DNA of 64,000 nucleotides from Parcubacteria bacterium GBS-2. GTDB taxonomy: Bacteria; Patescibacteriota; Minisyncoccia; Minisyncoccales; GBS-2. Every line of letters begins with the position of its first letter. Positions within the stretch are counted from its first letter, which is position 1. Both the position numbers and the translations under genes were made by a program. The DNA lies in assembly GCA_001443025.1 (NCBI GenBank), contig LEKP01000003.1, positions 22,652 through 86,651 of the forward strand, given 5' to 3'. A model generated the notes under the pieces. The model made no database searches. It saw only the letters and a program-made list of their open reading frames with translations, and was not told the DNA's origin. Below, piece after piece: positions 16,638-25,709 of this stretch.

Positions 16638-17960
16638 ATGAAATACTTTATCGTCACTTTCGGATGCCAAATGAACAAATCTGACTCAGAAAGAATAGCT
16701 TCGATTTTAGAAAAAACTGGTTATCAAAAAGCCTCAAATGAAAACGAGGCTGATTTAATTTTGGTCAATATGTGCTCTGTAAGGCAATCTGCAGTAGATA
16801 GAGTTTATGGAATGGCGCAAAAGTTTAGAAAAGTCAAAAGTCAAAAGTCAAAAGTCAAAACTTTACTAACAGGTTGTATCTCAAAAAAAGATTTTTTGAA
16901 ATTTAAAAATTTTTTTGATTTCATCTTGCCAATTAAAACTTTGACTTTGTGGCCTGACATTTTAAAAAAGGAAAAATTCCATTTTTCCGCTGATCAGAGA
17001 GAAAAAAAATTTGTTGAGAAATTTGATTGTCAATACTTAAAAATAAAACCAAAATATGAAAAAAATTTTTTAGTTTTTGTTCCAATTTCAATAGGGTGCA
17101 ACAACTTTTGTTCTTTTTGCATTGTCCCTTTTGTTAGAGGGCCTTTGATTTGTAGAGACTATCAAGAAATTTTAAAGGAAGCAAATGAAGCAATAAAAAA
17201 TGGAGCTAAAGAAATTTGGCTCTTGGGTCAAAATGTCAACGATTATAAATCTCCTCGAGATCCTTCAATAAACTTTGCAAAACTTTTAAGAATGGTAAAT
17301 GAAATTGAAGGTAATTTTTGGATCAGGTTTACTTCTCCTCATCCAAAAAATTTTTCAGATGAGTTGATTGAAACGATGGCAAAGTACCAGAAAGTAACTC
17401 CCTATTTGAATTTACCGGTGCAATCAGGTGATGATGAAATATTAAAAAAAATGAATAGAGGCTATACAGTTAAAGAATATAAAAATTTAGTGAAAAAGAT
17501 TAGGAAGGCTTTTAAAAAATACCGAAAAGAACTAGAAAAAGAAGTTGCGATCTCGACTGATGTTATAGTGGGTTTTCCAGGTGAAACAGAAAATAATTTT
17601 CAGAATACAGTCAAACTGTTTAAAGAAATAAAATTCGATATGGCTTACATTGCTCAATATTCCCCTCGTCCAGGAACTGCTGCTGAAAAAATGAAAGATG
17701 AAGTTCCAAAAAAAGAAAAAGAAAGAAGATGGAAAGTTTTAACTGAAATTTTGAAAGAAACTGCCCTAGAAAAAAATAAAAAATTTATCGGAAAAGAAAT
17801 TGAGGTTTTGCCAGAAGAATATAAAGATGGGTTTTTAATTGGAAAATGCAGACACTACAAAACTGTAAAATTTGAAGGAAAAGAAAATTTAATCGGGAAA
17901 TTTGTCAAAGTAAAAATTTTGGATGTCTTCCCATGGGGATTGAAAGGAAAAATTCTTTAA
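16638..17960 (+). CDS. miaB: tRNA methylthiotransferase MiaB-like (radical SAM)
   Basis: UPF0004 N-domain MKYFIVTFGCQMNKSDSE, radical-SAM CNNFCSFCIVP and a C-terminal TRAM domain. Adjacent to miaA. The track's upstream TTG start overlaps the terminator. Confidence 0.85.
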   Translation: MKYFIVTFGCQMNKSDSERIASILEKTGYQKASNENEADLILVNMCSVRQSAVDRVYGMAQKFRKVKSQKSKVKTLLTGCISKKDFLKFKNFFDFILPIKTLTLWPDILKKEKFHFSADQREKKFVEKFDCQYLKIKPKYEKNFLVFVPISIGCNNFCSFCIVPFVRGPLICRDYQEILKEANEAIKNGAKEIWLLGQNVNDYKSPRDPSINFAKLLRMVNEIEGNFWIRFTSPHPKNFSDELIETMAKYQKVTPYLNLPVQSGDDEILKKMNRGYTVKEYKNLVKKIRKAFKKYRKELEKEVAISTDVIVGFPGETENNFQNTVKLFKEIKFDMAYIAQYSPRPGTAAEKMKDEVPKKEKERRWKVLTEILKETALEKNKKFIGKEIEVLPEEYKDGFLIGKCRHYKTVKFEGKENLIGKFVKVKILDVFPWGLKGKIL

Positions 17961-18850
17961 ACAAAAAATTAATTGTCATTGTAGGGCCGACTGCCTCTGG
18001 AAAAACAGAGTTGGCAATTAAATTGGCAAAAAAGTTCAATGGAGAAATAATTAATGCTGATTCAAGACAAGTTTACAAAGGAATGGACATTGGGACCGCA
18101 AAACCAACGAAAGATGAAATGAAGGGTATACCTCACTATCTCTTAGATGTGGTTTCCCCAAAGAGAAAATTTACCGTCGCTCAGTACAGGAAATTGGCTT
18201 TGAAGACAATAGAAAAGATTCAAAAAAAAGGAAAAATTCCATTTTTGGTCGGAGGAACTTGGTTTTATATTAGAGCAGTTGTAGATGGATTGGTAATTCC
18301 AGAAGTTCCTCCAGACTGGAAATTAAGAAAAAAATTGGAAAAAAAATCTCCAAAAGAACTTTATCAAATTTTAAAAAAAATGGACCCAGAAAGAGCAAAG
18401 ACAATAGAAAAAGAGAATAAAAGAAGACTGATCAGAGCAATCGAAATTTGCAAAAGAATTGGAAAAGTTCCTCCTTTAAAATTTAATCCTCTTCCCTACC
18501 CTGTTTTAATGATCGGAATAAAAAGAACAAAAAGGGAATTGAAAGAAAGAATTAAAAAAAGATTTTTTGAATGGTTAAAAAGAGGATTAATTTTGGAAGT
18601 AATAAAATTGAGAAAGCAGGGAGTTTCTTTCAAAAGGATTGAAGAATTTGGAATGCACTATCGAGAAATTGCAAAATATTTGCAAGGAAAAATTTCAGAA
18701 AAAGAAATGATTGAAAACTCAATAAAAGAAATTCAAAATTACGCAAAAAAGCAAATGAACTGGTTTAAAAAAGATAAAAGGATCCATTGGATCCACGAAA
18801 AAGAGCTAAAAAAATTAATTAAATTAATTAAAAAATACTTACAAACTTGA
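17933..18850 (+). CDS. miaA: tRNA dimethylallyltransferase
   Basis: P-loop VIVGPTASGKTELAI, then NADSRQVYKGMDIGTAKP. Confidence 0.85.
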   Translation: MGIERKNSLNKKLIVIVGPTASGKTELAIKLAKKFNGEIINADSRQVYKGMDIGTAKPTKDEMKGIPHYLLDVVSPKRKFTVAQYRKLALKTIEKIQKKGKIPFLVGGTWFYIRAVVDGLVIPEVPPDWKLRKKLEKKSPKELYQILKKMDPERAKTIEKENKRRLIRAIEICKRIGKVPPLKFNPLPYPVLMIGIKRTKRELKERIKKRFFEWLKRGLILEVIKLRKQGVSFKRIEEFGMHYREIAKYLQGKISEKEMIENSIKEIQNYAKKQMNWFKKDKRIHWIHEKELKKLIKLIKKYLQT

Positions 18851-18855
18851 GGATT

Positions 18856-19113
18856 TTATTCTTTCTTTATTACTAACCAGTTTTTCTGAGCAATGTATTC
18901 AATGGCGATGGCGATACCTTGTTCGCTAAGCCATTGAAATATATCGTGTATTTCTTTGATGGAAAGGTCTGAAGCTCTGATCACTATTTTATCTGGAAAT
19001 TCTTCCACTGTTTCCATTTTTAATACTTTTAACAATTCATTTTTATCCCATACCTTCTCTTCCATTTCTTTCACCCCCGCTTTAATTTTTAACAAATTTT
19101 TATATTTTGTCAA
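18856..19113 (-). CDS. Hypothetical small protein
   Basis: 85-aa ORF with no recognisable motif. Overlaps the gatB 3' end by 14 nt, so the true start may be the internal Met (MEEKVWDK). Confidence 0.3.
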   Translation of the reverse strand: MTKYKNLLKIKAGVKEMEEKVWDKNELLKVLKMETVEEFPDKIVIRASDLSIKEIHDIFQWLSEQGIAIAIEYIAQKNWLVIKKE

Positions 19114-20545
19114 GAGCTGATTTGATCAAGTCTCTAGCTATTTGAGGATTGACCCTTCCATGACTTTTTCGTATTACTTGACCAATTAAAAATTGTAGCG
19201 CATTTTCTTTCCCTTTTTTAAAATCTTGAATTGCTTTAGGGTTTTCTCGAAGAACTTCTTCTACAATTTCTTTAATTTTTTCTTCATCAGTAATCTGAAT
19301 CAACTTTCTTTCTTCAATAATATGGGAAGGATCGGCGCCGGTTTTGAACATTTCCTCCAAAACGATTTTAGCGATTTTTGACGAAATTTTTCCCTCCTCA
19401 ATCAAAACAATAAATTCAGCAAAATTTTCTGGAGTGATTAAAAAATCTTCTCCTTTAATTGAAGCCCCTTTTAAAAGACCTAAAAGATCCGTTGTCAAAT
19501 AATTCGTTGCTAATTTAATTTGTCTCAAAAGTTTTTCCTTTGGCAAATTTGGATCAAGTTCTGAAACAACTTTTTCAAAATACTCCCCAAAATCTTTATC
19601 CCTGACAAAGATTTCGATTGATTTTTCGTCTAATCCATATTCTCTTTTGAGCCTTTCTCTTCTTTGTTGAGGGAGCTCTGAAATTTCTGCTCGAATTTTT
19701 TCAATCATTTCTTGAGTAATTTCTAAGGGAGGTAAATCTGGTTCTGGAAAATATCTATAATCTTGAGCTTCTTCTTTTTCCCTTTGTGGAAAGGTAATTT
19801 CTCTCACTGGATCCCAACCTCTCGTTTCTTGAATTACTTTTTTCCCTGCTTTTAAAATTTTTCTTTGTCTTTCGATTTCATGCTCTAAAGCTCTTTCTAC
19901 GGCTTTAAACGAGTTTAAATTTTTAATTTCCACTTTTGTACCAAGCGTATTTCCTTTTTCGCTTAAAGAAATATTTGCTTCAACTCTCATCTGTCCCTTT
20001 TCCATATCAGCATTAGAAACGTCCAAGTACCTTAAAATTAATTGGAGCTCTTCAGCAAATTTCCTTGCTTCCTTTGGTGATTCAATATCGGGTTCTGTGA
20101 CTAATTCCATCAGGGGAACGCCTGCCCTATTAAAATCAACCAAAGAATGATCTTTTCCATGAATTAACCTTCCAGTATCTTCTTCCAAATGAATTCTTCT
20201 TATTCTAATTTTTTTTCCCTCTATTTTTAAAAATCCGCTTTTACAAAGCGGAGTTGAATACTGAGAAATTTGATATCCCTTTGGTAAATCTGGATAAAAA
20301 TAATTTTTCCTTTCAAAAAAAGTGTACTCTGAGATTTCACAATTTAATGCTAGGCCAGTTTTTATTGTTTTTTTTATCGCCTCTTGATTAATCACAGGTA
20401 GAGTGCCAGGATGACCAAGGCAAACTGGGCAAATGTTTATGTTTGGATGTCTTTCATTAGGATCGTTCTTGCAAGAACAAAACATTTTCGATCTAGTTTT
20501 CAATTCAATATGAATTTCCAAACCAATTTTGGGACAATATTTCAT
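19100..20545 (-). CDS. gatB: Asp/Glu-tRNA amidotransferase subunit B
   Basis: KIGLEIHIEL...FCSC...CPVCLGHPGTLP...RIHLEEDTG and a C-terminal YqeY-like domain. Confidence 0.9.
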   Translation of the reverse strand: MKYCPKIGLEIHIELKTRSKMFCSCKNDPNERHPNINICPVCLGHPGTLPVINQEAIKKTIKTGLALNCEISEYTFFERKNYFYPDLPKGYQISQYSTPLCKSGFLKIEGKKIRIRRIHLEEDTGRLIHGKDHSLVDFNRAGVPLMELVTEPDIESPKEARKFAEELQLILRYLDVSNADMEKGQMRVEANISLSEKGNTLGTKVEIKNLNSFKAVERALEHEIERQRKILKAGKKVIQETRGWDPVREITFPQREKEEAQDYRYFPEPDLPPLEITQEMIEKIRAEISELPQQRRERLKREYGLDEKSIEIFVRDKDFGEYFEKVVSELDPNLPKEKLLRQIKLATNYLTTDLLGLLKGASIKGEDFLITPENFAEFIVLIEEGKISSKIAKIVLEEMFKTGADPSHIIEERKLIQITDEEKIKEIVEEVLRENPKAIQDFKKGKENALQFLIGQVIRKSHGRVNPQIARDLIKSALDKI

Positions 20546-20548
20546 AAC

Positions 20549-21223
20549 TTAGAAATTTTTTCTCATTGCTTCCTTTATTATTTCGACTCCAGAACTTGTC
20601 CCAATAATGTCAGCTCCAGCTTTCACTGCTCCTTTTAAATCCTTCAAACTTCTTATTCCGCCTGAAGCCTTGATTAAGAGGCCTGGTGCTCCTTTTCTCA
20701 TTAGTTTTAAATGATAAAATTTTTCTTTTAATTCCCGATGTCCTAAGGGGTCTTTTTCGGTTGCAGTTTTAACACAAATTGCTCCTGCTTTTTTGACAAT
20801 TTGAGAAGCTTTGATTATCTCTTGATCAGTTAAATAACCAGAACCAATGATTACTTTTGTGGGTAAAATTTTGCAAATTTCCTTTAAATCTTTTAAAATT
20901 TTTCCCCATCTTCCATGTTTCGCATCAACAATGTTCATTACAACATCCACTTCATCAGCTCCGTCTTTTTTTGCTCTTTTGCACATTTTTATTCTCTTTT
21001 TATGTGGTGAGTCCCCAATTGGAGAATCAATTAAAGCAATTGTTTTGATTCCAGTTCCTTTTAATTCTTTTGAAACTAATTTTACCCATTCCAACCTCAC
21101 GCAAACCCCCCTAAATCCATACTTTTTTGCCTCCTGGCAAGTTTTCAAAATATCTTCTTTTTTTGCTTTTGGATTAATATTTGTATGATCTATAATTTTT
21201 GCGATTTCTTTTATTTTTTCCAT
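20549..21223 (-). CDS. deoC: Deoxyribose-phosphate aldolase-like class I aldolase
   Basis: IDHTNINPKAK...GFRGVCV...VKTATE (the Schiff-base Lys context)...IKASGGIRS. Confidence 0.7.
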   Translation of the reverse strand: MEKIKEIAKIIDHTNINPKAKKEDILKTCQEAKKYGFRGVCVRLEWVKLVSKELKGTGIKTIALIDSPIGDSPHKKRIKMCKRAKKDGADEVDVVMNIVDAKHGRWGKILKDLKEICKILPTKVIIGSGYLTDQEIIKASQIVKKAGAICVKTATEKDPLGHRELKEKFYHLKLMRKGAPGLLIKASGGIRSLKDLKGAVKAGADIIGTSSGVEIIKEAMRKNF

Positions 21224-21828
21224 AATTTTTCGAGAGTAATTTTTTTAATTTCCTCGACTATTTTTTCTATTTGCCTTTCGCCATTAATTATGAAAACATT
21301 TTTAAATTTTTTTGCCAAAATTTCATAATTTTTCCAAACCTTTTTTAAGGTCTTTTCTTTTTCAAAAAGGGTGATTTCAAACCGGTCTTTTTTTATCCTC
21401 TGAATACAAACTTTTGGGGAAACTTTCAAAAAGAAAGTCAAATCTGGCAAAATAAATTTTTTGTTAATTTCAATTAACCAATCTAAATCGTTAATTTGAA
21501 GGTTCCCATAAGCTATTGTGGAGAAAAAATATCTATCTGAAATTACATTTATTCCCTTCTTTAAAAGAGGGATAATTTCTTTTTCTAGATGGTACGCTCT
21601 ATCCGCGCAAAACAAAAGTTGAAGACATTCAGCCGAAGATTTCCAATCGTGAGTTAGTTGGCTTTTAATCAATCCACCGATTAAATAGGAAGTTGGTTCT
21701 TTCGTTACATGAGTTCTCTTTCCGATTTTATTCAAAAAATCAGCCAGTAACTTAACTTGGGTTGAGTTTCCCGCTCCGTCTAGAGAATCAAAAACGATAA
21801 ATTTTCCTTTGTATGGGTTTTTTAACAT
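21211..21828 (-). CDS. tmk: Thymidylate kinase
   Basis: FIVFDSLDGAGNSTQ P-loop variant and DRY motif (SDRYFFSTIAY). Confidence 0.8.
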   Translation of the reverse strand: MLKNPYKGKFIVFDSLDGAGNSTQVKLLADFLNKIGKRTHVTKEPTSYLIGGLIKSQLTHDWKSSAECLQLLFCADRAYHLEKEIIPLLKKGINVISDRYFFSTIAYGNLQINDLDWLIEINKKFILPDLTFFLKVSPKVCIQRIKKDRFEITLFEKEKTLKKVWKNYEILAKKFKNVFIINGERQIEKIVEEIKKITLEKLWKK

Positions 21829-21846
21829 TTTTCTACTTTTTATATA

Positions 21847-23178
21847 TCAAAAACAAAATTTTACTTTTTGAAATTTTTTTCTAAAAGCCACGATCTCTTT
21901 TTTGAGATTTGAAAGGTTCTCTCTTTCTACTAAAGCTCTCTTAAAAAAGTGAGCTATTTTTATCATTTCTCTTTTTCCCATCCCAAATCTTGTCATTTCT
22001 TGAACTCCGATTCGAATACCAGAAGGATTTCTGGTAGCCTCTCTAGCATGGTCTTTCGGCAAAGCTATTTTGTTTACAATAATGTTTGCTCTTTCTAAAT
22101 TTTCTGCCACTGTTTTTCCTCCCCCAAAATTTTCAACGTTAACGATAATTTGGTGTGATTGAGTAAAGTCTTTTTCTTTCCCTAAAACCTTAAAACCTAA
22201 TTTAAAAAGCTCTTTTGCAAGGGTTTTTGCGTTTTCTACAATTTTTTCTGCGTACTTTTTGCCAAATTTTTTCATTTCTAAAGCAGTAATAGCTAAAGAA
22301 GGTAATCTAAAAATGTGATGATTAGAAACAATTCCTGGAAAAACAGCTCTTTGAATTCTTTTCCAAATCTTTTTATCTAGTCTTGGGCTTCCTAAAATTA
22401 TCCCTCCTTGTGGTCCTGGAAAGGTTTTGTGAGTTGAGGCAGTGATAATATCTGCCCCTTCTTTGAATGGATCTTGAAATTTTCCTCCATAGATTAAGCC
22501 AAAAACATGGGCAGCGTCGTAAACTATAATGGCTTTAGTGTACCTTCTTATTTCTTTTATTGGTTCAGGGAATAAAAACATCGATCTCCCAAGCATAATT
22601 AGTTTTGGCTTGAGTTTCTTGATTAACTTTATAGTTTCTCTTACGTTCAATTGCATTTCAGCTTCATCGAATGGCATCGAAACACTTTTTAAACCACAAG
22701 TTCCAGCAATTCCATACTCTGTTGAAGAAACATGGGCACCAAAAGTCAACCCTGGAGAAAGAAAAATATCTCCTGGCTTTAAAATGGCAGTGTACGTTGC
22801 TAAATTGGCTATTGCTCCAGAAATTGGTCGAACATCTACGTACGGAGTTTTAAACCTTCGAGAGAAAATCTTAATGCAAATTTTTTCTATCTCGCTTGAG
22901 AACTTAACTCCTTGATAATGTTCTTCAAATTCACCATTTATTGTCTCGTGTTCATTGTATCTACCCACAAAATCAGAAACTAAAAATTTCTCTGCCAAGG
23001 GCGAAAGAACATTCTCTGAGGCAATTAAATTTAGGCACTCGCTCCTCCAACGATTTTGATTTTTAACAATATTTTTGATTTTTCTTAAACCTTCTTTCAT
23101 CCAAAAACTAGGAAATTGTCCAGATTCAAATAAAGGGAAAATTGTTTTTTTCATTTTTAGCCTTCCCAAGTCGCCCAC
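21847..23178 (-). CDS. glyA: Serine hydroxymethyltransferase
   Basis: LNLIASENVLSP... and the PLP-lysine context TASTHKTFPGPQGG. Confidence 0.85.
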   Translation of the reverse strand: MGDLGRLKMKKTIFPLFESGQFPSFWMKEGLRKIKNIVKNQNRWRSECLNLIASENVLSPLAEKFLVSDFVGRYNEHETINGEFEEHYQGVKFSSEIEKICIKIFSRRFKTPYVDVRPISGAIANLATYTAILKPGDIFLSPGLTFGAHVSSTEYGIAGTCGLKSVSMPFDEAEMQLNVRETIKLIKKLKPKLIMLGRSMFLFPEPIKEIRRYTKAIIVYDAAHVFGLIYGGKFQDPFKEGADIITASTHKTFPGPQGGIILGSPRLDKKIWKRIQRAVFPGIVSNHHIFRLPSLAITALEMKKFGKKYAEKIVENAKTLAKELFKLGFKVLGKEKDFTQSHQIIVNVENFGGGKTVAENLERANIIVNKIALPKDHAREATRNPSGIRIGVQEMTRFGMGKREMIKIAHFFKRALVERENLSNLKKEIVAFRKKFQKVKFCF

Positions 23179-23999
23179 CTTTTAAAGATTTTTTCTTGGA
23201 CTTTTAATAACTCTTCTCGGTTTATTTTGTTTATTTTGATTCCTTCCCTAATTTCTTTGATAGTTGGAATGAAAATTTTAGAGTTTTTATTTTTAAACGG
23301 ACAATTGGTTTTTTCTCTAACTTCATTTTCTGGACAAGCCCCTCTCATAAATCCCCTACATCCTACCATTCCTCTCATTATAGGCAATTTTTTAATCAAA
23401 TTAAAATAAAGTTGGCTTGCAATGCACCTAAACTCTGGAGAGGCTCTAACACAAAGTCTCAATCCAAGAAGGTTTAAAAGCGATCTTAAATTTATCGTTA
23501 CGTGATAAATTCCGACTGCCTGGCAAAATGGTAAAATGTATCTTGCGGATTCTCTGGGCAATCTTTCTTTTAAGAATTTTTCATAAATTTCTAAATTTTT
23601 CTTTATGTTTTTTAAAAAAATCTCTCTTTGCTCTCTTGCTGTTTTATCTTTCGGATTTAAAAGATGCCAGGGAAGAATGATTTCAAAAGCCGGGATTTTT
23701 TTATCAATTCCTTCTGAAACTTTAATGTATCTGGTAGAATAGCCCGTATGACTTTGGATTCTGTGTTCTAAGTACTCTGGGGCATTTCCCTTTGTCATTT
23801 TCAAATCAAATTTAATAATAATGTGCTCTACTGCTGAAGTGTAATCATTTTCAACAATCATTTTAAAAACATTTTCCCTTTCAACTCCTGAGGGAACTCC
23901 GCTTAACCTCGCACTGTAAACGACTTCTTCCCAAGCGCCTTTTCCTCTAACTACCTTAAAATTCCAAACTCTTGGTTTGACTATTTTAATTTTCAACAT
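23157..23999 (-). CDS. thyX: Flavin-dependent thymidylate synthase ThyX-like
   Basis: The ThyX motif HR..S....S.RY is present as EHRIQSHTGYSTRY. Context is tmk/glyA/dCMP deaminase. Confidence 0.7.
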   Translation of the reverse strand: MLKIKIVKPRVWNFKVVRGKGAWEEVVYSARLSGVPSGVERENVFKMIVENDYTSAVEHIIIKFDLKMTKGNAPEYLEHRIQSHTGYSTRYIKVSEGIDKKIPAFEIILPWHLLNPKDKTAREQREIFLKNIKKNLEIYEKFLKERLPRESARYILPFCQAVGIYHVTINLRSLLNLLGLRLCVRASPEFRCIASQLYFNLIKKLPIMRGMVGCRGFMRGACPENEVREKTNCPFKNKNSKIFIPTIKEIREGIKINKINREELLKVQEKIFKRWATWEG

Positions 24000-24028
24000 C
24001 CTTCGCTAAGATAATTTTTTCTCTTTTT

Positions 24029-24517
24029 TTATCTTTTTCCAATTTTTTCTAGATAAGTTTTGGTGTCTTCGCTGATCCACTCTTGGGTGTTTATATATTT
24101 TATTCCGCCATCTTCCTTTCTAATCACAACTTTTTCAATTCCAGCATTAATTAAAACTCTTTTGCACCGATCACAGGGCAAGGCTTCCACCAATTTTCCT
24201 TCTTTATCAATCCCAGCAATATAAAGAGTTCCTCCAAAAACACTGCTCCCATTTCTGGCGGCATTTATAACTGCATTTTCTTCAGCATGAACTGCGGGGC
24301 AATCTTCATAGGCTGTCCCATGAGGTAAATTTTTTAAATCTTTAATACAACCTACCTCAAAACAATTTATTACTTTTCTTGCCGGACCATTATAACCTGT
24401 TGAAACTATGGTATCGTTTTTTACAATAACTGCCCCATATTTTCTCCTAATGCAAGGAGATCTTTGAGAAATAGCTTTGGCAATCTCTAAATAATATTCA
24501 TCTCTTGACGGTCTCAT
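24029..24517 (-). CDS. dCMP deaminase
   Basis: Zinc sites HAEENAV and PCDRCKR; 162 aa. Confidence 0.85.
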   Translation of the reverse strand: MRPSRDEYYLEIAKAISQRSPCIRRKYGAVIVKNDTIVSTGYNGPARKVINCFEVGCIKDLKNLPHGTAYEDCPAVHAEENAVINAARNGSSVFGGTLYIAGIDKEGKLVEALPCDRCKRVLINAGIEKVVIRKEDGGIKYINTQEWISEDTKTYLEKIGKR

Positions 24518-24542
24518 TTTAATTTTTATAAATTTGCAATCT

Positions 24543-24965
24543 TCAATCTACAATTTCAATACCCATATTCTTTGCCTGACTCTCAATAATTTTCATTGCT
24601 TTTTCAATATCTGTAGTATTCAAATCAGGAAGTTTTTCTTGTGCAATTTTCCTCAATTGTTCTCTGGTTATTTTTCCGACCTTTTTTTTGTTTGGCTCTC
24701 CAGACCCCTTTTCAATTCCAGCCGCTTTTTTCAAAAATTCTGCAGTTGGAGGTCTTTTTATTTCAATATCAAAAGTCCTGTCTTCGTAAATTGTAACTTT
24801 GACAGGTATTGTCCAGCCTGCCTTATCTTTTGTCGCCTGATTGAATTTATCACAAAATTCTTTAATGTTTATTCCATGAGGAGCTAAAGCAGGACCCACT
24901 GGTGGAGCTGGAGTCGCCTGCCCTGCTGGAATTTGAATTTTGACTATTGCTTTTATTTTTTTCAT
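24543..24965 (-). CDS. rplK: 50S ribosomal protein L11
   Basis: [27 protein letters not shown] is the canonical uL11 N-terminus. Confidence 0.95.
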   Translation of the reverse strand: MKKIKAIVKIQIPAGQATPAPPVGPALAPHGINIKEFCDKFNQATKDKAGWTIPVKVTIYEDRTFDIEIKRPPTAEFLKKAAGIEKGSGEPNKKKVGKITREQLRKIAQEKLPDLNTTDIEKAMKIIESQAKNMGIEIVD

Positions 24966-25507
24966 AATTTTTTGATCTGTAAATAATCCAGTTCGACTGG
25001 AGTATCTCTACCAAATAAGTTAATCATTACCTTTACCCTTCCTCTTTCTTCGTCAATTTCTGCAATTTTCCCATCAAGATCCTTAAAAGGACCATCTATA
25101 ACTTTAACCAGATCTCCAACTTTAAATTCAATTTTATACTGAGGCTCTTTGACCTCAATTCTTTTCAATAATTCCTTCATTTCCTCATCTGAAACTGGAA
25201 TTGGTGTCGTTCCTGAACCAATGAATCCGGTGACGTTTGGTGTGTTTCTTACCACATACCAAGAATCATCGGTGACTATCATTTCAACAAAAACATATCC
25301 AGGATAAATTTTTTCTTCGACTATTTCTCTTTTTCCTCCTTTAACTTTAATCTTTTTCTCTTTTGGTACCAAAACATTAAAAATCTTATCTTCCATTCCG
25401 AAAGCTTCAATCCTTTGTTTCAGATTTCTAGCTACTGCCTCTTCGTACCCCGAATAAGTATGGATAACGTACCATCTTCTTTCTTGTGGTAGTTTTTGTT
25501 TTGGCAT
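24962..25507 (-). CDS. nusG: Transcription termination/antitermination factor NusG
   Basis: [15 protein letters not shown] (NGN domain) and the KOW motif [18 protein letters not shown]. Confidence 0.95.
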   Translation of the reverse strand: MPKQKLPQERRWYVIHTYSGYEEAVARNLKQRIEAFGMEDKIFNVLVPKEKKIKVKGGKREIVEEKIYPGYVFVEMIVTDDSWYVVRNTPNVTGFIGSGTTPIPVSDEEMKELLKRIEVKEPQYKIEFKVGDLVKVIDGPFKDLDGKIAEIDEERGRVKVMINLFGRDTPVELDYLQIKKL

Positions 25508-25511
25508 GGTT

Positions 25512-25706
25512 TTATTTTAAAATAAAGTTTTTTAAAAGGAAGGAAAAGACATAATCTAAACTTCCCAAGTATACTGCCACTACTAACGAAATTATAACCA
25601 CAATTAATGTGTATTGTAAAGTTTCTTTGAAAGTTGGCCACTTAATTTTTTTCAACTCCGTTATTGATTCTTTGAAGAAGTTAATAATTTTTGATAAAAA
25701 TTTCAT
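25512..25706 (-). CDS. secE: Preprotein translocase subunit SecE
   Basis: 64 aa with a single C-terminal TM. ELKKIKWPT motif. Position directly upstream of nusG. Confidence 0.75.
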   Translation of the reverse strand: MKFLSKIINFFKESITELKKIKWPTFKETLQYTLIVVIISLVVAVYLGSLDYVFSFLLKNFILK

Positions 25707-25709
25707 AAT

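Noticed and set aside
16830-16857. (AAAGTC)x4 hexanucleotide microsatellite
   Set aside because: It is in frame within miaB (encoding KVKSQKSKVK in a linker). It is too short and lacks spacers for a CRISPR array or regulatory array, so I treated it as simple low-complexity coding sequence.
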